DNA of 64,000 bases from Isurus oxyrinchus. Its lineage: Eukaryota. Positions 25,657-38,030 of this stretch are shown here, in pieces. Each line of letters opens with the position of its first letter. The first letter of the stretch is position 1. The notes beneath the pieces are model-generated. The model was not told where the DNA came from, made no database searches, and saw only the letters and a list, made by a program, of their open reading frames with translations. The position numbers were made by a program, and so were the translations under genes. Location: the NCBI GenBank assembly GCA_026770705.1, contig JANJGN010001130.1, positions 1-64,000 on the forward strand, read 5' to 3'.

Positions 25657-26099
25657 GTAAGTAACGGAACGATTGGAATTCACTTCCACCACCAACACCG
25701 TCCTTTGTTGATGTTGTGACTTTATAAAGACAGATTCCAATGATTGATGCCTTTGAAAGATTTCTACTGATTATTGAGATCTGGGTGTGGGGATCAAGTC
25801 TGTTGTACAGAACATCTTTCTAGCTCAAGGGATGAGGGAAGAGCAGGGACATGAGCTTTGGGGTGTCCTGAGCAGGTGAAAGGCGATATAGAAATGCAAG
25901 TCCTTTATTGTGTTACTTTCTTAAAGCCTTGTAACTCTCTGCAGAGCAACTATCATCCCACAGAGAATCAAATTAGTCTGTGAAGACATTGTCTAATAGT
26001 GGTTCTGATCTCTCGAGAGGTGTCGGACAAGAGGTGAGGTCTCGTTAACTCATTTCTCTTTCACAGCTTGAGAACGAATGAAATACCTGGGAGTGGACA

Positions 26100-26139
26100 A
26101 TGATCAGGAAATCTTACTTCCTCCTGTCACTTCTCCAAG
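26100..26139 (+). CDS. Extra signal-peptide exon (MIRKSYFLLSLLQ); orphan, or an alternative first coding exon of gene B
   Basis: Intact acceptor (cacag|26067), ATG and phase-1 donor; no V exon before the next promoter. Confidence 0.7.
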
Positions 26140-27719
26140 GTAATATCATTGTCAGCTCGGATAGATTTATGGCTAATCATCTTTGTAAAACATAATTCTT
26201 ATTGAGTGTGATTGGGAACAGATTCAGCAGTGAGCCAGTGTACAATCTCACACCAAGTCCCATTCACCCATCACCCCTGTGCTCACTGATATACACGGAC
26301 TCCCTGTCTGACAGCAGAATTGGAGGAGAGCAGAGGACTTTGAGGTTTGCATGGTTGGAGGAGAAAGTGATTGGAGAAGAGGAATGGAGGGAATGGAAAT
26401 TGAGGATGAGAGTCTTAAACCCGAGGCTCTGCTGGACTGGGAGCCAGTGCAGGTCAGCGAGTGGCAGAGGGTGTGAGGTGTTGAGTTGAGAAACAGTGAT
26501 AAATACTGTGGGATGAAGTCTATCCTGATGCTTGGACTCCGATAGCAAAGGAATGAAATTTGTATCTTTTGCTGATTTTAATCAGAATTTCCCATGAAGA
26601 CAACACAGCAGCTCCTAGAATAGACAGGCTGTTCAGTGTCACACTTCCTGTCCATTCTCACCTTGCTAGAAACTTCAATAAGGGAGCAAGATAACTGAAA
26701 GAGAGAAGGAAGGTAAAGCTGTCTGTGTGTAAAGGTGTCAATATTCAGTTTGCATATTTGTCTTTCTCTCGACACATGCAGAGCTCAGGCTAGAGGCACT
26801 TTGTTAGTGTGTTTCACAGTGTCTGCTGGAGTAGGGTCAGTGCTGAGCTTGGGGACAAGTCAGTCTACAATGCTGCATCGGAATCAACAATACAACAATA
26901 TGGGGTTTGGATCAGAAATAATCCCTTAGACAATGAGGATCCAAAGAGATTCCATAGACAATGAGGATCCAAAGAGATTCCTTAGACAATGAGGATCCAA
27001 AGAGATTCCTTAAACAATGAGGATCCAAAAATATTCCTTAGACAATGAGGATCCAAAGAGATTCCTCAGACAATGTGGATCCAAAGAGAATCCTTAGACA
27101 ATGAGGATCCAAAGAGATTCCTTAGACAATGAGGATCCAAAGAGATTCCTTAGACAATGAACATACAAAGTGCACCAATCAGATTGAATCAGATTAACCA
27201 ATCAGCTGTGTTGAGGAGCAGACAGGAATGTTAGGCTAATTAGTGATTCATGACGGTGATAATGGCGGGAGTTCTGAGGGCTCCTAATCCATTGTCCTGT
27301 CTTGTAAATCAGCACCTTAATACTGACCCTCCAACAGTGCAGCACTCCCTCAGTACTGATCCTCCAACATTGCAGCACTCCCTGATTAATGTCCCTCTGA
27401 CACTGCAGCACTCCCTCAGTACTGACCTTACAATAGTGCAACACTCGCTCAGTAATGACCATCCGACAGTGCAGCACTCCCTCAGTACTGACACTGGGGA
27501 GTTTCAGTCTACTCTGTGGGGCCGACGTCCCCTGAATCGAGTCTTGAACCCCACAACATTCTGACCCCCTGAATTTGGCTGTGAAACCCACTGACCCACA
27601 GGAGAAATTCCTGGTCAATGACTGTCCACCTGTGAGCAGAAATATCACCACAGGGTCAGGACACAAAGGGTTAACAGTTCACCAACATCTCAAAACATGA
27701 GCTGCTCTGTCACTTTGAT

Positions 27720-27862
27720 CCAACTTCCTCATTTTGACTCACAGAGACACATCCACCCTTTCTAATTAAACACACAGAGGGAGCAGCACAGGAAGAGGTC
27801 ATTCAGCCCAAGCAGAGCGTGTGGGCAGTTCCTCCCCAGGTGAGCAGTTGGACAGGTACTGG
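27720..27862 (+). promoter_or_regulatory. Gene B promoter and non-coding exon 1
   Basis: PU.1-type aacttcctcattt 27722-27734 abutting AP-1 TGACTCA 27735-27741; donor at 27863. Confidence 0.7.
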
Positions 27863-28312
27863 GTAAGTAACAGAACAATTGGAATTCACTTCCACCACCA
27901 ACACCATCCTTTGTTGATGTTGTGACTTTATAAAGACAGATTCCAATCATTGATGCCTTTGAAAGATTTCTACTGATTATTGAGATCAGGGTGTGAGGCT
28001 CAGGTCTGTTGTACAGAACATCTTTCTAGCTCAAAGGATGAGGGAAGTGCAGGGACATGAGCTTTGGGACATCCTGAGGTGGTGAAAGGTGCTATAGAAA
28101 TGCAAGTCCTTCATTGATTTATTTTTTTAAAGCCTTTTAACTCTCTGCGGAGCACCTATCATCCCACAGAGAACCAAATTAGTCTGTGAAGACATTGTCT
28201 AAAAGCAGTTCTGATCTCTTGAGAGCTGTCGGACAAGAGGTGAGGTCTCATTAACTCCTTTCTCTTTCACAGTTTAAGAGTCAGAAGCTAAAGGAATATC
28301 TGGGAGTGGACA

Positions 28313-28352
28313 ATGATCGGGAAATCTTACTTCCTCCTGTCACTTCTCCAAG
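28313..28352 (+). CDS. Gene B signal-peptide exon (MIGKSYFLLSLLQ)
   Basis: ATG 28313, CAAG|gtaat phase 1. Confidence 0.9.
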
Positions 28353-29399
28353 GTAATAACATCATCAGCTTGGACAGATTTATGGTGAATAGTCTTTGTA
28401 AAAGAACATTCTTATTGAGCTGTGATAGGGAACCGATTCAGCAGTGAGCCAGTGTACAAACTCACACCAAGTCCCATTCACCCATCACCCCTGTGCTCAC
28501 TGATATACACTGACTCCCTGTCTGACAGCAGAACTGCAGGACAGCAGAGACCTCAAAGGGTTTCAGGGCTGGAGGAGGTGACAGTGATAGGGAGTGGAGA
28601 GGGAGGATGGAGGGATAAGGAATCAATGAAGAGATTTTGAAAATTGAGTCATTGCTGGACTGGGAGCCAGTGTAGGTCAGCCAGTGACAGGGGAGCGATC
28701 GGCTGAATAGAGAATCAGGGATAAATCTGGGGGATGAAGTCTATCCTGATGCAAGCACTCCGATATCAATGCCCTGAAATTTTTCTCTCTTGCTGATTTT
28801 CATCAGAATTTCCCATGAAGACAACACAGCAGCTCCTAGAATAGACAGGCTGTTCAGTGTCACACTTCCTGTCCATTCTCACCTTGCTAGATACTTCAAT
28901 AAGGGAGCAAGATAACTGAAAGAGAGAAGGAAGGCAAAGCTGTCTGTGTGTAAAGGTGTCAAATATTCTGAGTTATCATGATTGTTTCTGATCTGCTGCA
29001 GAGTTTATATTTCATTGAAACTTATCACTTTGCAGCTCAGAGAGAGACCATTGACTCACTGCCTGAAAGGGCGGTGGAAGCAGATTCAACAGGAACTTTC
29101 AGAAGGGGAACTGGATAAATACTTGAAGGGGACATTTTGCAGGGTTGTGGAGGAGAGAGTAGAGGTTAGAGTGGGACTTATTGGACAGATCTATCAAAGG
29201 CCCAGCACAGGCTCGATGGGCCAAATGGCTTCCATCAGTTCCGGATCATTCTACAATCCGATAAATTAAGTCTCTTATCAGTAACTCTTCAGGCTCCTGC
29301 TGCAGGAATGGCTCTTTCAGAAGAGCAGGGAACAAGCGGTTTCTCATATCATGTTCATATTTATTGACAATTACATAAGTGTATGGAACTGTTGAATAT

Positions 29400-31500
29400 T
29401 TGAGTCTCTAAAGTGTGGATTTAACCTTCTGGTACACCCAGATCTTGTGCTGGTTACCTTGTCTGGAGGTGTCTTTAACTGCTCACAGTGATCTGTGGGA
29501 TTGTCACCCTTGAATGTTGTTCCTGATTTCATGTGGAATCTTCTCCTCGATGGAATAGGAGCGGGAATGGATCTGATTTATCCTCGGTTCCACCTCACCG
29601 CTGTGCCCTTGTGTGTTTGACTCCATAGGCCCTTGGTTCTGAACAAATCCTTGTCACCTCGGCTGGTGGTCATGAACCTTCTGTGGGATCCTGGATGTGA
29701 ACTTGTCCCAACTGTAAACTTGGCAACTCTGCACCTCCATTTTTATCATGAACATTCCTTATCTTCTCTTGTAGTTTTAAAAGTTGCCCTCTGGTTTCTG
29801 AGAGAGTAGAATGGGTAAGAGTAGCGAAATTGGTCACTACTGGCCCACCAAACATGATCTCTGTCAGTGATGGAATAAGGTGAGGTGATGGTGTAGTGGT
29901 ATTGTTGCTGGATGAGTAATTCAGAGACCCAGGGTAATGTCCTGAGAATATGGGTTCAAATCCTGTCATAATAGATGATGGAATTTGAATTTAATAAAAA
30001 TATGAAATTCAAAGTTTAGTGATGACCACAAAACCATTGTTGGAAATCCCACCTGGTTCACCAGTGCCCTTTAGGGAACAAAATTGTCTGGCCGCCATGT
30101 GACTCCAGACTCCACGTCAATGTGGTTAACTCTTACATTAGGGATGGGTAATAAATCCTGGCCTGGCCAGTGACTCCCACATCCCATGAATGAATTTAAC
30201 AAAGTTGCAGTTGTAGGTGTCGATCTCAGATGTAACATTGCAATGTGTGGATCTTGCTTGGTCTGTCTACATTTGAGAATTAGGGATTTCACTGTGTGAA
30301 TCATTCATTCAGCTAGGCTGTTAGATCTGGGGTAATGAGGAGAAGAAGTACTGTGATTGATATTCCAGATTATCTGTAATCATGTCCCTAGTTTCACCAC
30401 ATAAACTGAAAATAGTGCTTAGAGTGTGTGCACCAGTTGTGCTTAGTGTGTTGTGCTATTTTTGAATAACGGGATATCTGGTAAAGCTGTCGACGATGAC
30501 GATGATGTCAGTGACATGGACATGAAAGGATTCAGATGTGATTTTGGACTAAGAATGGGCAGGAATTTCCTGTGGAATCAGTGGTTCTTTGTGTTGTCTT
30601 GGCTCATCCTCTTGACAAGCCTCGTACTTCCCTACAACAACTTCAAGGTCATTGTTCATACCCGGCCAGTGACTGTATCTCTTGTGAGTCTCCTTGTCTG
30701 ATCTGTGCCCATGTGTGAGGGATGAAGTTGTTGAAGAATATAGGATCACAGATGCCCTGCCTGCCATTAAAAATGACTCCCTGGGAGATGCCTCGCTTAT
30801 CCCGATGAGGTCAAGTTGAATCAGGCCACCCTTTCAATGATATTTCCACAGTTCCTGTAGAATTTTTCACTGTTCCCTCTTGTAGCTGCTGTCATTTCTG
30901 TTGTGCTAAATATACTGGATCAATTGACAGACTTGCATTCTCCTGCAGCTGTAATGTTGCAGCTCCCTTGAAACTGCCAATACTGTTGAAACTTTCTGCA
31001 TATTTCAATGTTATGGCATGAACTGAGGTGATGGGGTAGTTTCTGAGGTTGACCCATGTGAGATCTGACAGATTCCTGGATTGTCACTAGTGTGAGGTCA
31101 CCGCATGCCGGTAGACTTGTAATTGCTCAGCCTTTAGCCTCCACAATGTAGAACATCGGTGACACCCAGGAGGATTGATTGTACTTGCACCCCAGGACTA
31201 TGGATTCTGCACATGGAGTTGGTGAAGTGTTGTACACAGCAGTAGGTTTCCCATTGCCTTCCATGTCCTTGGATACATGTCTTTGAAAATTTGCTGGTTT
31301 GGGATGGGGGAGGGGAATGTTGGCACTTGCCCCTGTGTCAATCTTGGCCAATAAAGGGGAGGTAGCAACTTTCTCAGGGCAGATAATTGGAATCTTGGCC
31401 AATAGTGCGGGTGATGTGACAGCATCTGTTCTCCGTGAGATTGATGGTGTAAAAGGTGTGAAATTGTTCTAAAATTGCAAAATACGTTGAGCACAAGTGC
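29400..31500 (-). mobile_element. Decayed Gypsy/Ty3 LTR retrotransposon pol (protease, integrase)
   Basis: AKIDTGASANI (aspartic protease); HWPGMNNDLEVVVGKYEACQ (integrase Zn region); interrupted by a SINE. Confidence 0.8.
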
Positions 31501-31699
31501 TGCACAAACTCTAGGCCGGGGTTTTGCGGCCCAGTCATGGTGGGACCTGCCGTGGGAGAATGGGACAGACATAAATCCATTGGCTTTCGGCCGGACCGGA
31601 CAATCCTGGCAGTGGGTGGGGCCAGAAAATCCCACCCCTATTGGACATTTTCAGTTTATTTGATGTGACCAGAGAGATCATTAAGGACAACAATCCCTG

Positions 31700-32085
31700 C
31701 CTCTGTAACCTGCCCCAGTCACTACAACCCTCCCGACCTCTGCAAACTCCTCCAGATTCTACACTCTCCCAATCTCTCTTAACTTTTCCAGCCTGTACAA
31801 CCCTCCCTATTTCTGTAACTTCCTCCTGCCCCTAAAAGCTTCCCTATCACTGTAGCCTGCTCCAGTCCCGACGACGTTCCCTACCTCTGTAACCTGCCCC
31901 AGTCACTACAACCTTCCTTCTCTCTGTAACCTCCTCCAGCCCCTCCAACCCTCTGAGGTCTCTGTGCTCATCCAATTCCAGCCTCTTGACCATCCCCCGG
32001 TCCCATCACTGCAATATCGGCGGCCGTGCCTTCAGCTGCCTGGGGCCCGAGCTCTGTAATACCCTCCCTCAACCACTGTCCGTCC

Positions 32086-32131
<46 letters not shown>

Positions 32132-32310
32132 ATCTCTCTCTCTCTCACTATCCATTTCATCCCTCTTTGAAGATTCTCCATAACACCGACCTCTTCTGGC
32201 CAGCTGTCGCTAATATCTCCACATGTGTCTGGGTGACATACTTTGTTTTATGACGCTCCTGTGTAGCACTTTGGGGTGATTTGTCATGTTAAAGTTGTTG
32301 TGTAAATATA
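31700..32310 (+). mobile_element. L2-type LINE 3' tail remnant
   Basis: GGRAFSCLGPELCNTLP; ctctgtaacctcctccagcccc units as in 48390-48690. Confidence 0.65.
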
Positions 32311-32864
32311 AGTTGTTGCCCTTTGACCCGCGACCCCAGCTCGAGTATTATTTTTGAGGGAATGTACAACCTCCTTAGATTTCTGACCAAAATGTCATTT
32401 GATTATTTTTATTGAGCGAATGCCAAGCCCCGATACCGAGCGAGAGCCTCCTCATTTGCTGAGTTTAAGGTGATGAGTCAGCCCCTTAGTCCGTAGAGGG
32501 GATTCTCCTCGGTAATGTGCAGCCTTGTTTGTGTCTCTCCACAAGCGCATGAGGGGTTTGTACAGAGGCTGCAGCGCTGGAGGGGGTCTGCACAGGGGTC
32601 CTGGCCTGTCCTGAGCCGGTTTTAGCAAGGACCACTCTGGCCATGGCAGCTGAAAGCCAGCCATTGGACAGACGGGGCCTGTCACAAGGAGCCTGTTAGT
32701 CACTCCCCCCCCCGTGTCTCCTGTGCTCGGATCCAGACCATGTTGGCTGGTGGATCTGGCTCAGGAAGGGTCCTCCCCATGGGACCCCCAGATGGAAGGT
32801 GGGTCGAGCAGGTCATTCACTTGCATGTTTATTCTGCAGCTTTAATATTTTAAGAAGGTAAGAA

Positions 32865-33600
32865 TGTAGGATCATAAGAAATAGGGACAGGAGCAGGCCA
32901 TTCGGCCCCTCCAGCCTGCTCTCACTGATCTGGTTGTGGCCTTAACTCCATTTTCCTGCCTGTCCCCCAAACCCTTGACTCCCTTGTCGATCAAAAACCT
33001 GCCTCACTCAGCCTTGAGCCTATTCAATGGCCCAACCTCCACTGCTCTCTGGGGAAGAGAATTCCACAGGCTAGCGCCCCTCTGAAAGAGGAAATTCCTC
33101 CTCATCTCAGTCTTAAATGGGGGAGCCCTCATTCCGAAACTGTGCTCCCTGGTTCTAGATTCCCCCACGAGGGGGAAACATCCTCCCAGCATCCACCCTG
33201 TCAAGCCCCCTCGGAATCGGATATGTTTCAATAAGGTCACCCCTCATTCTTCTAAACTCCAATGGATACAGGCCCAACCTGCTCAACATTTCCTCACAGG
33301 ACAAACCCTTTAATCCCAGGAATCAGCCCAGTGAAGCTTCTCTGAACTGCCTGTACACAATGTTCGTGTTACAATCTCACTAACGCCCTGTGCAGCTGTT
33401 GCAAGACTTCCCTCCTCTTAAACTCCATCTCTTCGCAATAAAGGCCAACATTCCACTTGCCTTCCTCATTCCGTGCTGTTCCTGAATGCTGACTTTCTGT
33501 GATTCATGTACAAGGACACCCAGATCCCTCTGTACTGCATTCTGCAGCCTGTCTCCAGTTAAATAATATTCTGTTTTTCTATTCTTCCTGCCAAAATAAT
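32865..33600 (-). mobile_element. CR1 LINE 3' fragment
   Basis: QRDLGVLVHESQKVS..KASGMLAFI; FPLVGESRTR..LWNSLPQRAVE. Confidence 0.9.
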
Positions 33601-33715
33601 TTGTTGCCATTCTCCTCAGTATTGACCATCCCCCCAATTCAGCCACATCTGCAAATATCGGGTTCAGTGGATCCATAAAACATCCAGAGTTAAATATTGA
33701 GATTTCTCTCCCCAG

Positions 33716-34081
33716 CTGAACCCTCACAAGAGTGGAAAGGTGACACTCCACGAGAGTTGACATCTCAGGAAGGTTCGTGTGTACAGATTCCATGTCATTA
33801 CAGTTATCCATTGTGTCTGGAAAACCAACCACGAGGTGGAGTCTGGTTTAATAATGAGGAATGGAGAACAACGTCTATAGCCTTTCACTCCAAGGATCAC
33901 AGTCACGAGTTACCACGGTTCCACCATCGGACCCGGCTGTCTGGAGACCTGAAAGATGGCGACTGTTCCCTGATTATAAACAACATCACATGGGAAGATG
34001 CAGGACCTTATTTTTTCAGAATAGAATTTGACAACAGTAATAGTTACAGCTACTATCCTGCAACCCAGCTTCACATTTCTG
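33716..34081 (+). CDS. Gene B Siglec V-set exon
   Basis: 366 nt, phase 1-1, open; YFFRIE with Arg at 34018-34020. Confidence 0.93.
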
Positions 34082-34809
34082 GTAAGTGCTGTGTTATAAT
34101 TACTCAACAATTCACATTCAACACTCAATGGGAAATAACGCAAACTGTGACGTTTACATATTAACACAAAACACAGCTTATTATAACACACTGTCTGATT
34201 CTCAATATCCTGGTGATAGCTTCCAGTTCACTCCTAAAGCAACCTCTAATAATCACTTTAATATCAATGATTAAATATATTGACTGTGTCCATCAATGTT
34301 ATCAGGTTATCCACTCGCGTCGATCTCTCTAATCCTGTCTCGAAGTCTGACATATCGACAAAAGAAAGATTCACATTTCTATGGAGCCTTTCACCACCTC
34401 AATATGTACCAAGTCACTTCACAGCCAATGAGCTGATTCCTGAATTGTAGTTACTGTTGTAATGTGAGAAACACAGCAGCCAATTTGCGCACAGCAATCT
34501 CCTTCCAATTGCAAAGTACTAAATGGCCCAGATCGCTGAGTGAATGATGAGGTAGTGCACTCCAAACTCTGGTCTGCTCCTCCACCCTCACCCACTATTA
34601 TCAGTTCAAGTGTCTCGGAGTGAACGTGTATTAAGCTGCGAGACAGAAACACCAAAGTCTCAAAGCAGGAAATTCTCTCCTGATCGTTGTAACCTCTCAG
34701 TTCTGATATCATCCTTGTAAAAGTGCTTTCTCTTGTGGGACTGTGGTTTCTATTTGAACTGATGCTTCACGTTATATTTCTCTAAAAGGATCCATTCTCT
34801 GTCTGTTAG

Positions 34810-35106
34810 AATTCACAGATAAACCCACGATATTCCCTGCTGAAATTATTGCAGGAAAGCGTGTGGATGTAAGCTGCCCCTTCAACACAACGTGCAATGG
34901 AACAGCAGCACCTGTCTTAACCTGGGACACTCCCACTGACGTACCTGGATCAGTCTCAAACACTGTAACTCAGCATGATGTCACTCTGTCCTATACTTCT
35001 GTTCTGACCCTGATCCCATCACTCAAACACCACGGACACACTCTCAGCTGCAGAGTGAGATATCCATCTGTTTCATCGGAGCAGACCCTCGTACTAACTG
35101 TGCAAG
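34810..35106 (+). CDS. Gene B C2-set domain 1 exon
   Basis: 297 nt, phase 1-1, nearly identical to 13024-13320. Confidence 0.93.
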
Positions 35107-35439
35107 GTAAGTTGAGATATCCTTCATTCTACATCAGCACTCCCTCAGCGCTGACCCTCTGACAGTGCAGCCCGTTCTCAGTGTCCACATTCTCAGACCT
35201 CTCAATTAGCTTCACAGTCCATAGAAGTTAATTGATCTTTATTTGATTGTTGCTGAATGAAGAGACAAGCTGTTTAAACTTTAAATCTCACACACATTAT
35301 TTTCCATGGCAACACATCCACCTATCAGAGACCACTTGCCAACCAATCAGCACTCTCTTCCCTTTAAATATAAATTGTTGTTCACTCTCTGTTGGTAAAC
35401 ATGCGATCTGTCTTGTTGAGTCCTGCCCTGATATCTGGA

Positions 35440-35582
35440 TATCACAATGAACAGAACAAGTTCCAACAATGAGCTGTGGTTGGTGATTCCTCACGTTACA
35501 TCCAGGGACACTGGAGACTATCAGTGTTTGGCAGAGAATGAACATGGAGCAGTGGAGGGATTCATAACCATCACTGTGGAAT
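35440..35582 (+). pseudogene. Gene B C2-set domain 2 remnant (acceptor and 5' half replaced by foreign sequence)
   Basis: MNRTSSNNELWLVIPHVTSRDTGDYQCLAENEHG..TVE|gtgagt; intronic homology to gene A stops at ~35245. Confidence 0.85.
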
Positions 35583-37265
35583 GTGAGTGTACACAGATTT
35601 CATCATCTGTCTCAGATTGAAACATGACACAAACACACACAAATATACAGACCTAAATAGACACCTGCAGATACACAATCCCTCGTATATGAGCACACAC
35701 AAAGACACAAACAAACACACTAGCACAATACTCCCCAGTGGGTTACCTGACCTCCCTCAGTGCTGCACTGGAGAGTTGACCTGGATTCTGAGATTTTTGT
35801 TCCCTTTCATGTTTATGGAAGAATATGGAAATTGCAAAGTCTATTACAGACACTCAGATGCATAGAGACACTCACAGATACTCTCTGTCTCTCCAACTCT
35901 CTATCCTCCTTTAAGAAGCTTCCTGAAACCTAACCCTTTGACCAGTCAATTGTCCCAACTCCTCCTTACATGAATCTGTGTGAAATTTTGTTTGAGTATC
36001 TGAGAGTAAGAGAGAGGTGGAGAGGTTTAGGAAGGGAATCCCTGTTGGTGAAAAGCTTACATCATGTTCTCACTTTTCCACTGCCCGTATTTCACCTGAT
36101 GTCCAATGTCCTTGTTTATAATAGGGATTGCCTATGTAAACGTCACGCTGTAGTTACACTGTACCACCAGTGGTGCACAGTAGAACTTAACCCTTGCATC
36201 TCTCAGCTTTTCAAGCAAATCCACTTCCCAGTTTGCCTCACAAGCTGTGAGTTCATCGGAATTAAATTATTTCTAAAACGGTAGATTTGATGTCATTTTA
36301 TTGAAAACTTCCTCAGTGCCTCCCTGAAGGGTTTACACTCTCTGGGAAGCAGGAATAGGCTGGATGTTGGGGAGTTCATCTTTTCCCAGAGAGCAGTGAT
36401 CCTCGGGAATGTGCTGTCTGTGGGTGTGGTGGTTGCTGTTGCTCTGTTGCCTTCAAGAGGGATCTGGAGTGGTTACTGACTGGGGGAGAGATCATGGAAG
36501 TGGAGAATGATACAGCACAGGAGGAAGCCATTCAGCCCATTGTGCCTGTGCCAGGTCTTTCAATGTTCTATCCCATCAGATCCACTAACCACCACTCCAC
36601 TTTGCCCCCATCTTCCTCCTTCAAGTGTTTATCCAATTCCCCTTTTGAAAGTTCCTATTGAATCTGCTTCCACCGCCCTTTCAGGCAGCACCTTCCAGAT
36701 CACAACAACTCGCTCTGTCAAAACAAATTCTCCTCATCTCCCCCTCCAGTTCGTCAATCTGTGTCCCTCTGGTTACTGACCCTCCTGCCCCGTAAATACA
36801 TCGATACTGTTCACCTCAACCACTCCCAGTGGGAGCGAGTTCCACATTCTCCCCTCTCTCTGGGTAAAGATTGGAACTGTTTATTAAGCGGGGGGTGTAA
36901 GTCCATGGGGGATTCCATCTCGATCCTGCCCGATTCGCACACACGTCCGAGATGGATTTCCATCCTTCACAAAACGTTTCCAGAATTTTCTACAGCACAA
37001 TCCTGTACACAGCGATGGAGAGAAACATTGGACAGGGAGTCCAACAGCACAATGATCCATTCTCACCAATGTTCCACGCTAAGGGGAAAGTTCCGATTGT
37101 CCACTCTTAGAGTGTTTACAGTGAAAACATTCATTCCACATTGAATCCCAGTGGATGGGTCAATATTACAGCAAATGTTGCAGTGATATGAAGCTTGATT
37201 GCTCAGCCAGAGTGAGAGATTGAAAGCGGAGAGTCAGTGATGATTTCTTTCTGTGTGTTCTCTAG

Positions 37266-37405
37266 ACAGTGGAGGAGAGATTCTGCACGTGATCCTGATC
37301 CTGGGAATACGAGTTGTGATATTCCTTGTGGCTGTGGCTATCACTATCGCTGGAGTCTGTGTCTGGGAGGAACAAACAGTGAAAGGAAGTCGACAGACTG
37401 TTTGA
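37266..37405 (+). CDS. Gene B terminal exon: TM with Arg and a short tail (SGGEILHVILILGIRVVIFLVAVAITIAGVCVWEEQTVKGSRQTV*)
   Basis: ttctttctgtgtgttctctag| acceptor; the phase-1 frame gives a ~25-aa hydrophobic segment with CGA (Arg) at 37310-37312; TGA 37403-37405; AATAAA 38389-38394. Confidence 0.85.
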
Positions 37406-37429
37406 AGAATTGTACAGCAACAATCTCAT

Positions 37430-38030
37430 CATGGAACAGAAGAACGGCATTTGGCCCATCGACTCCATGCCGTCTCTCTGTAGAGCAATCCAGTCAGTTC
37501 CATTCCCCCACTCTATCCCTGTATCTCTTCAAGTTTATTTCCCCTCAAGTGTCCATCCAATTTCCTTTTGAAATCGTTCATCGTCTCCGCTTCCACCATC
37601 CTCGTAGGCAGCGAGTTCCAGCTCATTACCACTTGCTGTGTAAAAAAGTTCCTCCTCACATCCCCCCTCTGCCCAAAACCTTCAATCTGTGTCCCCCAGT
37701 CCTTGTACCATCAGCTAATGGCAACAGCTTCTCTTTGTCTACCGTTATCTAAACCCATCATCATCTTGTACACCTCGATCAGATCCCCCCTCAATCTCCT
37801 TTGCTCCAAGGAGAACAACCCCAGCTTCTCCAACCCAACCTTGTAGCTAAAATCCCTCATCCCTGGACCCATTCTGCTCAATCTCCTCCCCACCCTCTCA
37901 AGGACCCTCACTTCCTTCCCAAAGTGAGGAGACCAGAACTGGACACAATACTCTAGTTGTGACCTAACCAGAGCTTTATAAATGTTCAGCATAACCTCCC
38001 TGTGTTTGTTCTCAATCCCTCGATTTATGA
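37430..38030 (-). mobile_element. CR1 LINE 3' fragment
   Basis: YKALVRSQLEYCVQFWSPH..LFSLEQRRLRGDLIEVYK. Confidence 0.9.

Noticed and set aside
24127-25660. Repeat ORFs or a CRISPR-like array
   Set aside because: Eukaryotic tandem repeat without unique spacers; the unit resembles an inverted CR1 3' end
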